A DNA stretch of 44,845 bases, taken from the NCBI RefSeq assembly GCF_001194135.2, contig NC_068991.1, positions 52,976,668 through 53,021,512 on the forward strand, in the 5' to 3' direction. The notes beneath the pieces were generated by a model. That model was not told where the DNA came from. It saw nothing but the letters and a program-made list of their open reading frames with translations, and made no database searches. The position numbers were made by a program, and so were the translations under genes. Of this stretch, positions 1 to 11,834 are shown piece after piece. How positions within the stretch are numbered: position 1 is the first letter of the stretch; the number at the start of each line of letters is the position of its first letter. The stretch is from Octopus bimaculoides (Eukaryota).

Positions 1-805
1 TACAGTATCGAAATGTGATTGTTTCAGTTAGTGGAATAGTTTCATTTTTAAAGTGAAAGTATTTGACATGAGTGTTTTTGTTTCACTTTTGACACGTAAT
101 ACTTAAATAGTGGAGGAGATGTTATGTTGCCGTGGGCTCGAACTCTGCAAGAAGTTAAAAAAATTTTTTGACTAAAACACAACTGGAACCCTAAGTAAGG
201 CATCTGTAAAATTTGAATGAAATTGGTTGCGTAGTTCTCCAGTTTTAGGGATTCACACACACACACACAGACAGACAGACAGACACACATTCTCATTTTT
301 ATATATATAGATTATCTCATTTAAATAACAAGCCATTCACCTAAGTAAACCATCTAAAAGGCCCATAATCTTCTGTTTTGGCTACATATTTTACAAAATT
401 TGGTGCTACAGAAATTTTAATTCCTTAATTGTCTTCTAATTCCATGCAACATTTGTATACCTGGTTGTTATACATGCTATTCCTGTTGAACTAAACACGA
501 TCTTTTCTTAAACTTTAGCAACTCAAGTCACTGCTTTATAGCTGAAAACTGGAATTATTTAAAATCAGTTGGATAGGTCACTAAAATTTTATTTGCATTT
601 GAACTTAAAAAATATAATTAACTTCAGTTTCAACAGCTGAGCAAATTGAACAAATGATAGTCACAATCGATATGGTATTTTATTGTCTTCTTTAGATTTC
701 AAATTTTCTTAAGCATTCCCTCCAAAATTGAATTTTACAGTTGTTCTTTTCAATTTAGACTCTAACCTCTCATTAATATATTTTACTTTTTATTTATTCT
801 TACAG

Positions 806-933
806 CAATCAAGCGTTTGCAGGGCTTTCTCTTAAATCTGACTGTAATTCATGGTATATGTAAAGCGGGACGCAATCACTTCATTCGAGTATTTACATAC
901 ACCAATATAGGTCAAATTGAAAAATACAAAAAT
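806..933 (+). CDS. IL-17 receptor-like (SEFIR) gene, first exon visible in window (ectodomain; upstream exons lie outside window)
   Basis: Acceptor tttattcttacag, donor AAT/gtatgt; open frame xCA-IKRLQGFLLNLTVIHGICKAGRNHFIRVFTYTNIGQIEKYKN, ends phase 0. IKRLQGFLLNL resembles the IL17RD segment IEFLKGFRVIL (recalled, not aligned). Confidence 0.75.
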
Positions 934-1267
934 GTATGTATATTTTAGACCTCTATTATTATTCTCTTTTTTAGCTTGAGAGATAATGTTTCAGCAAATT
1001 TAACGGTTGTTTTATTATAATTATATAACAATTAATGATTACTTTGTTATAAGTTTTAACAATCCATTAAGCCTGAACTTACCTCTAGTTTTTGTTGCAT
1101 TAACCAAATGAGAAACATATTTTCACCTTGATATGGCACCAGCTTATCACTAGTAACATTTCCGAGTGCTGCAAGCTTACAATTTTATAGTACAACTCCT
1201 TACTGCAGAGAATTGTATCACCTTATGGTAGCTATTTAGAGGGATTTAGCCACTAAATGTCTTGGTT

Positions 1268-1475
1268 ATGAACAAACCAAAGTGTTGATGATAGGCTCTT
1301 AAATATTAACTTTTACTGCTGTCTAATATTTTATGATTACAATTCAAATATTTTATTTCTACAAAGCTTCTATGAACAAAAATACAATATTTGCTAATAT
1401 CATGTGTGATAAAATATTAGACACCAGTAAAAGTTAATATTTAAGAGCCTATCATCAACACTTTGGTTTGTCCAT
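1268..1475. repeat. 67-bp near-perfect inverted repeat with 74-nt spacer (MITE-like foldback)
   Basis: 1268-1334 is the reverse complement of 1409-1475 with 2 mismatches. Confidence 0.9.
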
Positions 1476-2008
1476 GAACAATTAGCAGAAGATTTTATTA
1501 TTGCACATAGAGTTTTAATGGTGTTGGTCTTTTACAAACAATAACAGCAATAATTACATATTGAGAGAGACATACTGCTTGGAGTTTATAGCAAGCTTAC
1601 TGCTACAGCAATCTGTGGCTGGCCTAACATAACTAGAAATAAGTGTGCTATATTTGTGGTAACAAAAATTCTTGTTGACTATCAGACATCTGTCTTAACC
1701 AGGTACTTAAGTGTTGCGAGAGTGGAGACACAACCCATGGGTGTTTCAGCATTCTGCAATTACTGCTAAAAGTGGCTTTTTTATAGGATACAAGGAGAAG
1801 ATTCAAGAAGATTGACTTGTGCAATGGCTTGATGCTGATTCATTGCTTAATAGATCATGTGGAACTACTGTGGTTTGATCATGATGCATGACCGGTTACC
1901 TAGAGGTTCAGTTTTAAATCACCAGTACATATGTAATAAACAAAACTGTATTTTGAATGTGTTAATATTTAATTCACATTTCAATAACTTTTTTACTTCT
2001 TGTGGCAG

Positions 2009-2138
2009 GAACAGTTTAGCTTAGAAGAGAATAGTCTTTGTGCAGCTGACTGGGAATTAGAGCTATATTCTTTGCCCAAAGGTAACTGCAGCAAAAATGT
2101 GCAGCGCCAAATTCTGATTTTGCCCCACCATAGCAAAG
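2009..2138 (+). CDS. IL-17 receptor-like gene, exon (ectodomain)
   Basis: Acceptor tttttacttcttgtggcag, donor AAG/gtaagt; open frame EQFSLEENSLCAADWELELYSLPKGNCSKNVQRQILILPHHSK+G; phase 0 in, phase 1 out, compatible with both neighbours. Confidence 0.8.
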
Positions 2139-2151
2139 GTAAGTAAACTTT

Positions 2152-2560
2152 ATAATATTGGGTTCAAATTTAGGCTATGCCAGCAAATTCGGGGGAGGGG
2201 ATTAAGTTGATTACATCAACCCAAGTACTCAACTGGTACTTATTTTAGCAACCTTGAAAGGATGAAAGGTAAAGTCAACCTCAGTAGAATTTGAACTCAG
2301 AATGTAAAAGCAGATGAAATGCTGCTAAGCATTTTATCTGGCATGCTAATGATTCTGCCAGCTCACCACCTTAACCCCAGCCAAATATTGGTTTCAAATT
2401 TTGGCACAAGGCCAGCAGTTTTGGGGGTTGAAGTTAATTACATTGACCCCAGTGCTCAACTGGTACTTATTTTATCAACCCCAAAAGGATGAAAGTCAAA
2501 GTCAACCTTGATGGAATTTGATCACAGAACATAAAGATGGACGAGATGTCACTAAGCATA
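2152..2560 (-). mobile_element. Two tandem tRNA-derived SINE copies (Deu/Nin-domain-like)
   Basis: Minus strand reads ggtggtgagctggcagaatcattag (A box), gagttcaaattc (B box), then ctttcatcctttc..aaaataagtaccag. The block repeats at about 2152-2375 and 2380-2560; a fragment also at about 38170-38250. Confidence 0.65.
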
Positions 2561-2699
2561 AGTAAACATTGTAATACTGAATATTCAACATAAATAGGAG
2601 TTAAGCTATTTTATGTGGTTGTAACCATTTCCACATCCAGCATTTCATTAATTATTAATCAAATCTATTTAGGTTGACCTGATAGTACACTTGGTTGTG

Positions 2700-3560
2700 G
2701 AGGTTTTGCAATAGGCATGTGGTACCACTTCCCACATCTTCAAGGTCCTGCTTGGGCTGGTGCATAGCTATAAATCTTTCTTGAAACCTTGACAGTAGAC
2801 CAACAAGATAAGAAATAAACAACATATGCCTGAATTTTTTGGTGTTACTTATGGATGAAGCTTAGGTATAGAACATTGTTGAGGAATAAACGGTTGTATC
2901 ATATCCATAGTGGTGAGCATAGCTAGAGTGATGGCCAATAGATTATTGCTGTAGAGGAAGACAGTTGTGATGGGCAGAGTCAAACATTGGGGCATCTTGA
3001 AGTACAGTTTTGTCAGATTTATATGACACACATTGTCAACTGATTTTATGATGTTGAGTATAACACAACTTCCAGTAATTTTCTTAAAGGCGACTGACAT
3101 AGAGTAAATCTCTAGTAGATCTGACTTTATGGAAGCCTTACTAGTGACCATTAAAAAGAGAGAGAGGTCTATAACCCTTCAGCATTCAGATTATTCTATC
3201 AAATGTAATGCTTATTTACATTGCTTTGAATTAATCATATTGACAGCTTTATATTAGTGGATGATGGATTGAACTATGGGAAAGGAGCACAGTGCAGGTT
3301 CATGTAGGGGATCTGCAAGGCTACATATATCTAATAGGGGAAGAGAGAGAAAATGAACATCAGGAATTGCAAAGGATAATAGCAATGGGGTGCTTAGATG
3401 ACCCCACAGTGTACAAGGTAAGTTATTGGAAGAAGAATGAAGAATGACAGTATTTTGTACTTTTTCGTGATGGAAAATACACCTTTTGTGACAGTTATAA
3501 CAAAATTGCTTTCTTCTATCAGAATAGTAAGGCATTTCAATAGAACATCTTTACTCCCAG
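2700..3560 (-). mobile_element. Heavily decayed non-LTR retrotransposon (CR1/Jockey-like RT, possible endonuclease remnant)
   Basis: ORF 2849-3151 contains SCVILNIIKSVDNVCH..L.KL (like xxLDISKAFDRVWH) and MPQCLTLPITTVFLYSNNLLAIT (like GVPQGSVLSPTLFLLFINDLL); a shifted frame gives HHYGYDTTVYSS (like HSYADDTTLHSS). Confidence 0.5.
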
Positions 3561-4273
3561 GAATTACCGGTTACACCAGCTAGTTTATCATAAGTAAACT
3601 GTCATAGACATACTGAATTTGCACTTTATCTTCTTTCAAATCAGCTATATAGTTATTCATATTTTGTTCAAGAGAATTGCCATGTAGGATATAAACTCAT
3701 ATTCCTGGCTGTAATGTCTTGTGTTTCTGCAATTGATCATTAGTGTGGTGCACTAATGGTTTTGTTGTCCTCCACTCATTGCAAATAGCTGATAGGTCGA
3801 TGAATGTTTAACATTCCTTTCACCTTTCTAGGAGAATTCTTCATTTAGACAATTAAAAAGAAATGTTTTATAAAAATAAGTCATTAAATAACGTAAGGCA
3901 TATATCAGGTGCTGGTTGTGTCTGTTGAAGGAGGTTTAAAAAGATGATATGATCTCTTGACATAGCTGCCAAAATACCATAAGCAATTTTTCATAAGTTT
4001 GTGCTAACAGACTGATATTTTGGCTTGTTTTCATTGTTTCATTATTAGTCACAATTACCGTGCCAAACAGCTCCCTAGTCTATGTTGCTTGGTCTCCTAC
4101 CTGTGATACAACCACATTTAGACGCAGGGCAATTTTTTGATATGTTTAAAAGTAAAACAAAAAGCATGTCTTGTACACTGGTACATACAGTACTTCTAAT
4201 GAATAGTTTGTTACATTTGTGTTCCCAAACACATGCATACTTTAACCTTTTTTTTTTTTTTTTAATGTTTCAG

Positions 4274-4452
4274 GCAACAATGCTTCTGGCTCTTGGCAAA
4301 GTTCAATGACAATCACATACAGCTATCCTTTGCGTAACATTGAAGTAAACTTCACAAAAGCTCCAGAATATTTCAATTTTGAAAAGTATAACATTTCTCT
4401 TGAGAAAAATAATGAAATTGTTGATTCTAGAATCATAAAGAAAATTGCAGAG
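4274..4452 (+). CDS. IL-17 receptor-like gene, exon (FnIII-like domain 2)
   Basis: Long T tract then aatgtttcag, donor GAG/gtgagt; GNNASGSWQSSMTITYSYPLRNIEVNFTKAPEYFNFEKYNISLEKNNEIVDSRIIKKIAE. The W...V.F..AP..F.F..Y pattern matches IL17R-family ectodomains; N-glycosylation sequons NAS, NFT, NIS. Confidence 0.85.
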
Positions 4453-4559
4453 GTGAGTTATATTTTAATTTACTTTATTTTCAGTTAATATTAAATAGAA
4501 CTGTAAGAGAACCTCCCCCTCCCAACAAAACATTTCATATTTGTACAGTTGTATAGTTG

Positions 4560-4875
4560 CCTGAAGACATATGGCTTAGTGATTAGGGTATTCAGCTCAT
4601 GATAAGGCCGTAAGTTCAATTCCTGGTGGCACATTGTGTCCTTGAGCAAGACACTTTATTTTCACATTGCTCCAGTTCACTCAGCTGGTAAAAATGAGTA
4701 GTACCTGTATTTCAAAGGGCCAACCATGTCACATGCTGTGCCATGGTGAATCTCTCTAAGAACTATGTTAAGGGTACACATGTTTGTGGAGTGCTCAGCC
4801 TCTTGCACATTAATTTCATGAGCAGGCTCTTCTGTTGATGGCATCAACTGGAACACACATCGTAACCAATAGAGT
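4560..4875 (+). mobile_element. tRNA-derived SINE with CORE-like domain
   Basis: tggcttagtgattag (A box), aagttcaattcc (B box), tgtgtccttgagcaagacact CORE-like motif; related copies on minus strand at about 8625-8925, 16255-16400, 33285-33645. Confidence 0.7.
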
Positions 4876-4889
4876 GGTAATAGTAACCT

Positions 4890-6760
4890 ATTAACCAATT
4901 TCTGGTAAGGCAACTGCAGGAGAAATACTTAGCCCAAGATAAACCTCTGTACTTGGCTTTTGTTGACTTGGAGAAAGCCTTTGATAGGGTCCCTCAATGC
5001 CTAATCTGGTGTTCATTGTGGAAACTAGGGATAGACAGTGGCTGGTAAGAGCTATACAAGCCCTGTACAGGGATGCTGTTAGTAAGGTGAGTGTTGGCAA
5101 TGAATATAGTGAAGAATTCCAAGTAGAAGTAGGGGTTCACTAAGGATCAGTACTCAGCCCACTCTTATTCATATTCCTCCAGGCAATAACAGAGGAATTC
5201 AAGACAGGCTGCCCCTGGGAGCTCCTCTATGCTGATGACTTTGCTCTAATAGCCGAGTCACTGCCATAACTGGAGACGAAATTTAGGGTGTGGAAGCAAG
5301 GTTTAGAATCAAAGGGCCTTAGGGTTAACCTACAAAAACCAAAGTCTTAGTAAGTAGGAAGGCTGTCAAATCACAATTCCCTTCAGGTAGATGGCCCTGC
5401 TCAATCTATAGAAAAGGCATGGGTAGAAACTTCATACGATGTACCTGGTGTAAGCTATGGACACATAAAAGTTGCAGCAATATCAAAGGAAGGCTAACCA
5501 GGAAAATAGTTTTTGTGTGTGGCAGATGCACAGGGGCAATAAACACTGAAGATGTCAGAAAACAGATTCCATCACATACCAGGGGGAGAAACTAGAAGTA
5601 GTTAATGGCTTCCACTACCTAGGTGACCAAGTCTGTAGTGGGGGTGGTTGCTCTGAGAGTGTAGCGTCTAGAGTAAGAATAGCCTGGGCAAAGTTCAGGG
5701 AGCTCCTACCTCTGCTGGCAACTAAGAGCCTCTTGCTCAGAGTAGACTGTATGATGCAATGTGTGCGAACTGTCATGCTACACAGCAGTGAAACATGGGG
5801 CATGAATTCTGAGGATAGGCATAGGCTTGAAAGAAATGAAGCTAGTATGATCCGCTGGATGTGTAATGTCAGTGTGCATACATGACAGAGTGTAAGTGCC
5901 TTGAGAGAAAAGTTGGGCATAAGAAGCATCAAATGTGGTGTGCAAGAGAGGTGACTGCGCTGATATGGTCATGTGTTATGTATGAAGACAGCTGTGTGAG
6001 AAAGTGCCACTCCTTAACTGTAGAAGGAACCTGTGGAAGAGGTAGACCAGGAAGACATGAGACAAGGTGGTGAAGCATGACCTTCAAGCATTGGGCCTCA
6101 CAGAAGCAATGACAGGAGGCTAGGACCTTTGGAGACATGCTGTGATTGAGAAGACCTGGCAACTAAAGTGAGATCGCAGCCACGCATGCCCGGCCCTGTT
6201 AAGAATACCCCTGATGTGTTGGGTGATGTGATATGCTTGAGAAGACATGTTGAGTCAAGTAAAACCAATATCGTAGCTATGGCCAGCTCCTCCTGATTGG
6301 CTCCTGTGCTAGTAGCACGTAAAAAGCACTATCCAAACGTGGTCAATGCCAGGCCCACCTGACTGGCTCCTGTGCCAGTGGCACGTAAAAGGCACCAACC
6401 AAACATGGCCGATGCCAATACCCACAGACTGGCTCCTGTGCCGGTGGCACATAAAAAGCACCATCTGAATGTAGTCGATGCCAGGTCCGCCTGACTGGCC
6501 CCTTGCCAGTGGCACGTAAAAAGTACTATCTGAACATGATTGATGCCAGGCTTGGCTGATTGGCTCCTGTTCTGGTGACACATAAAAAGTACCCACTTCA
6601 CTTTTGGAGTGGTTGGTGTTAGGAAGGGCATCCAGCTGTAGAAACATTGCCAGATCAGATAGGAGCCTGGTGCAGCCGCTGGCTCTCCAGGCCTCAGTCA
6701 AACCATCCAACCCATGCCAGTATGGAAAAACGGATGTTAAATGATGATGATGATGATGAT
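4890..6760 (+). mobile_element. 5'-truncated RTE-clade LINE: decayed RT, PHD-like finger, 3' UTR with ~60-bp tandem repeats and (ATG)n tail
   Basis: Translates as FLVRQLQEKY..LYLAFVDLEKAFDRVP, GVH*GSVLSPLLF, ELLYADD, KGLRVNL, GTCGRGRPxKTW, with stops and frameshifts; ends gatgatgatgatgatgat. Confidence 0.92.
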
Positions 6761-6808
6761 ATCCCTTGCTAAATTAAAACCATAACACTTTACATTTTTA
6801 TTTTCTAG

Positions 6809-6856
6809 CCATCTGTTACTTTTGAAGTTGATACTTCTGGAAAATATGTTGTAAAG
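6809..6856 (+). CDS. IL-17 receptor-like gene, 48-nt exon
   Basis: Acceptor ttttattttctag, donor AAG/gtaaaa; PSVTFEVDTSGKYVVK, phase 0/0; G.Y.V strand typical of FnIII-like domains. Confidence 0.75.
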
Positions 6857-6949
6857 GTAAAATAGTTTTATTTTTATTTCGTATGGTTTTTTTTAAAGGT
6901 ACACAATTCTTTTTACTACAGAAACTTACAAAAGAACAAATGTTTTTTT

Positions 6950-7400
6950 AGCATTCTCTGCCCACTATTCTCTGGGAGGGTCATGGGGAGAAGTCCTCAG
7001 ACACATCCTCTATAAAGTCCTATCAGAAACAACTGTCATTAAACTTTCCAGCTGGGTTCCCAAGCATGACCAACTAGGACTATGGATGTTATTCATCTAA
7101 TTCTTGGTCTACTCTTGAGTCTCCTGCCAGTTGGCTTGGCTTGAAGAATCTGTCTTACAATCCCTTTCTGTAAAATTCTAATTATGTCTGTAGTATCAGA
7201 GCTGTGATCTCTCAATGTAGAAATGTAGCAGCTCAATCTGGAGAGACTCCCTCATCTATGAACTATGCACCCTCTCAAGTAATGTTACTCCAGATATCAT
7301 TTAGAGGGACTTCATTTCAGTCGCTCATATTTGTGATCCTACTCTTTTGGTCATTACCCAAAATGACTGTGACTGTTGTTTACTGGTATAAATCTGACTG
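6950..7400 (-). mobile_element. RTE LINE 3' coding fragment (second family)
   Basis: Minus strand gives EMKSL*MISGVTLLERVHSS*MRESLQIELLHFYIERSQL, the RTE C-terminal region; a homologous piece lies at about 20950-21185 on plus (RPRVGPRMRWLDNI). Confidence 0.7.
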
Positions 7401-8101
7401 AAGGAAGGTAATAGATAACCAGTTCATGGGACATGGTTTAACACTTACTTTATGCATTTCATTGTATCTCTGGACATATATTGTACAGGCTTGAGTTCAT
7501 AATAGCTGTAATAATCATCAGATCTGGAGAAGCTATATAAAGAAGTGACTTCTCCATTTTCTAGATTTATCTCAATTATTTAATACAACAGAGACCAGAA
7601 TAAAATTCCTATCCACAAACTCCTGTTGTTTGTAAAATGATTATTTTAATAACAAGAAATTTCAAAAAAAGATGCATTCAAAGGCAAAACTATGGTAAAT
7701 GAAAGAAAAGTTTCCTAATTAGGTTTACTTGACAAAAATTAAATAATATATTCTTAGATCCATGTATTGTACTAATGCAATACAATTTTAGCATAGCTTA
7801 TGCTATGTAAAAGAGAATTACATAATAAAAACTGAAAGAAACTATACTGAATCACTTGTTGCTATTATCATAGTGACTCGTTCAAAAAATAGAATGTCTT
7901 TCAGAGCAATTTTCTTCAATATCCTACAATTTGAGTCCTATTTCTGACTTGCATTTTTTAATGATCTTCCTCTCTTTTCTGTTTTTTTTCCTATCAGATA
8001 CTTTTTGTTTGTGACTATATTTTCTATCAGCTCAATGAAAAAACACAACAGAATGACTTATTCGTATAATCTAAGTAATCACATCACTGTGACGAACAGA
8101 C

Positions 8102-8133
<32 letters not shown>

Positions 8134-8335
8134 TGATTGAGTGTTGTATCTGCTAGAAATCATCTTGTTTGAGAAGTTTTGTAACTGAGATAATGCAACA
8201 TTAATTCGAAACAATGTGAATAAATAAGGATTACATTTGATAAAGTAATTTGAATGCTTCTGCTATAAAGAATATATAATTTTAGAAATTTTCAGTTAGA
8301 TGAACTCACAATATTTTCAAAATTTCTTTTTCTAG

Positions 8336-8438
8336 CTTCAACCCTTTTCAAATGATGAAAATAGATGTCTTTGTCGCACCAAGGAAAACAAATGCAAATT
8401 ATGTGAAGTCACAAGTTCACATAAAATAGAATTTACTG
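8336..8438 (+). CDS. IL-17 receptor-like gene, Cys-rich membrane-proximal exon
   Basis: Acceptor aatttctttttctag, donor CTG/gtttgt; LQPFSNDENRCLCRTKENKCKLCEVTSSHKIEFT+G; phase 0 in, phase 1 out, exactly bridging the neighbouring exons. Confidence 0.8.
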
Positions 8439-8624
8439 GTTTGTAGAAATTAAAAAAATATTTTGCATTTAGTGGTTTAGGGTTAATAAAGTTGATTGAT
8501 TTTGTGAGATTAGAAAACAATTCCAAAACAGTTCCTACATTTCAGTTATCAGAATCTGCCATAGATTTTGCATTATTTAAGGACTAATTATCTGGTTTCT
8601 AGGGGTGACATAAAAGTAAAATGA

Positions 8625-8925
8625 ATGACCATGGGATTGCACATTGAAAGTCTCTGAGGCACAAGTCTGGGCAAGGTATTTTATGGAAGTCACTCATGTA
8701 TATACTAGCCTCCCCTCTCCATGCCACCAATGTTATTCAAAGGAAAGACAAAGGCTAATACAGCTTGGCACCAGTGACAGTGCAACTCATTTGTAAAGAT
8801 GAGTGAACTGAAGCAACATGAAATAAAGTGTCTTGCTCAAGAACACAACACACAGCCCGTTCTGGGAATTAAACTTACCACCTCGTGATTGTGAGCTTGA
8901 CGATCTCATCATTGAGCCAGATCTT
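8625..8925 (-). mobile_element. CORE-like tRNA SINE
   Basis: Contains aaagtgtcttgctcaagaacaca (reverse complement of the CORE-like motif); closely similar to 33400-33645. Confidence 0.7.
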
Positions 8926-10157
8926 CATATGAAATTTATAACAACTGGTTCCTGTATCTTTAGACTGGATGTTGATTTTAGATGCTTCAGTTTATCTTGA
9001 TTGCAGGAAAACTTGGGAATATCACTTGTGGGAAAAGTCCTACCCCTAATAGAAATTATGTCATATGAAGTCAAATATAATAAATTACTCTTATGCAGAT
9101 TTAAAATTTTTCTCTATCTCTACTTCTTGTTGGCACTTTCAAGCAACAAGGAAATAAAGAAAATTTAAAATCTGTCCCCCCACTCCTTGAAAAAAGTCTT
9201 GATTTGAGCCAAGATGGAAAAGATGTGTGCCATCAAGAAAGTATTGGAAGCACATTGTGACCAATACTGTATAACACCAATCCAGTATTATTGTTGATAC
9301 AAGTCACCTTGTATATTTAAAGGCTTTAGATATGTATGATTTACAAGATTTCTAAAGAAAGTTCATCCATAATTGAGTGATTGTTATTTTTTGATTTTAA
9401 ATTTTACTATTGATAAAATTTTGACTCAGCTACAGATCAACAATAGTTATAGTGACAGCCTTGTTTGTTGTTAAATTTTATAATTGGTAGAAGGAATAGA
9501 CAACCTTTGAGCATATCGTGTTACTACTGTTGTCTCTATGCCAAATCACTTAATTTATATATCTATGGAGTCATATATTGATAGCAGTAATAGAAATAGA
9601 TATAAGTGTTCTGTTGTTGCTAAACCTGGAATTGTTTGATTCATGGTTACTTTTCCAGGAACAGTTTTATTAATATTCATTAGAGAAATACACTTATTAG
9701 ATGTTGGGAAGTATTTTTCTCTTCTGATTTCTTCTTTAGAATGTTTCTAACAAGACAGTTTTAGTGGGTTTTTTAACCCATAAAGCACTGAGATTTGCAC
9801 TTACATTGCATGGACTGCTGAGCACATTTTATGAAAATGAGACGACCATGGACACATAAAAAACAAAAAAATAGTTTAAATATCTTCTTAATATACAATG
9901 GTGACAAGTTTCACATCATCTGAAAAGTCATTAGTTGAATTATTAGTCCTCTTGCATTCTGGGGGGTATCAGAGCATTTGAGTGACTTTAGACCCCAACA
10001 AACGCCCATAAATTACATGCATCTATCTGGGCCACAATTGTGGCCCATCACACTTTATGTGTTAACCATTAAAATCTCAGACTAAAAGTAAAAGTTTCAA
10101 AATGAAATGGTAATTATCTAAGATATAACTCTTTAGAAATTGTGTTTTGTCTTTCAG

Positions 10158-10274
10158 ATATATGTCCGAAAAATTCAACTCCAGAACCAGACAATATTAC
10201 ATATTTTATTATTGTGGGTGTTATAGTTGCAATTATTTTTATTTTATTCATTGTGATATATTTCTTTTGCAAAA
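10158..10274 (+). CDS. IL-17 receptor-like gene, transmembrane exon
   Basis: Acceptor ttttgtctttcag, donor AAA/gtaagt; DICPKNSTPEPDNITYFIIVGVIVAIIFILFIVIYFFCK, a hydrophobic run of about 24 aa followed by basic residues. Confidence 0.9.
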
Positions 10275-11834
10275 GTAAGTTGAAAATATTTTTCTATAGT
10301 ATAATATTGTTTTATGCAACACTACTTTGTTTAAAAGCCACAAGTACTTTCTTGATATTTTAACAAGTATTCGTAATGTTAACAGTGTTATTTTGAAATC
10401 TTGTTAGACTTTGATTCCTTTTATTAGCACAAAAACCACAAAAGATAGCTTTTGATTGAAGATAATGCAGAATTTAGTATTCAAGTGAATTTACAAACCA
10501 TTGGAAGGTCATTGATAATAATAGTAATTACGTAAACTAGCTGAACCTGTGAAAACTTCATGGAAAACATAAAAAATGCAAGCATCTGTAGATAGTGACT
10601 TTATTTAATAACTATCGAATAATTATGTATAAGCAGGACCCAGGGAAATTCTACGGAATACAAAAAAATGTAAGCATCTTTAAATAGCGACCATATTTAA
10701 CTATTAAATGATTTTTTAATTTTTGTGTTATACTATTAATGATCATAAATTTTTATGCAATATAATTTGATATTTTTTAAATTTGACACTTCATATACAT
10801 GCACATTGCTCACTCCCACATCCCCAGGTGGTGTGAGCGTTGAGGTTTTTTTTGTTTAACTGTTACCACCTGTAGTCCAGGAGGTTTGAGCATTGATGCC
10901 ATTTTTTTTTTAACTGGTATCAGTTGTAGTTAGTGAGTTCCACTTCCTCCATAAGTTTTCCTGTCCTGCTAACCAGCTTGAGTGTTGTTTCTCATTGTGT
11001 TGAATTGGGGATGCCTCCTGAAGAAAGCAGCTGTATCCTGCGCTGGTGGTTGAACAGTATTGGACTGAATTGTTGTTGCTCCTGTGGATTATGGAGGTGG
11101 TGGTTTGCTGGTATGGTGGGGAGGAGGCCGCTATGAGAGAGATCCAACATGGTTTGGACATGTGCGCTGGGATTAGATCCAGTTTTGAACTGACTTTTTA
11201 GAAATGTGAAGAGCTTCATAATTTTGCTTGTCATTGTTGTGCAGGGCTGTGCAAGTCTTCTTTTATATAATTTCAGTTTTAGAGCATGTGCTACTGAGGC
11301 TAGGTTTTGATAACTGCTTCTATGTATATGAAGGTAATCAGTTCTGGTTATACTTCACAAGAACTTTCAGAAAGTGTGTTCATAAAGTTGCCACAGATTA
11401 CAGCCGTTGTAGTTTGCCATTTTAAATTGAACAGTTTAAGATCAAGACAGATTCGGTAGTACTTTCATGCTAAACTGCTGCTGTTTAATGTTATATAAAT
11501 AAATGTACTTTTGAAGCCTTAACAGACACATCACCTGCAATTCCGCAATGCAACATGTACTGAACAGTTAACATTATATTCACTTCACTAATGAAATACT
11601 GAGGCATCAAAATTTACCAACCATTGACTAGGAAGTCAATAGCACTTGGGTTATTTCTAGCACCATTTGTTTATAGTTTCCAACTCCCTTTATTCACCTT
11701 CAAAATTTATATTGAAACATATTTATTTTCTGTTTCCTTTTTCCAAAATATTTTGCAATTTTTCAAGGGTTAAGCATATTTCTTAGTGAAATTGTAACAA
11801 TTCCATTTATTTTCTCTCTCTTTCATCTTTACAG

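Noticed and set aside
6285-6600. Regular ~60-bp repeats resembling a CRISPR array
   Set aside because: Units are degenerate tandem copies without unique spacers, lie in an RTE 3' UTR in a eukaryotic genome, and no cas genes are present.
9007-9170. Possible extra IL17R-like exon after cttgattgcag
   Set aside because: No suitable donor before a stop; 8336-8438 already bridges the phases.
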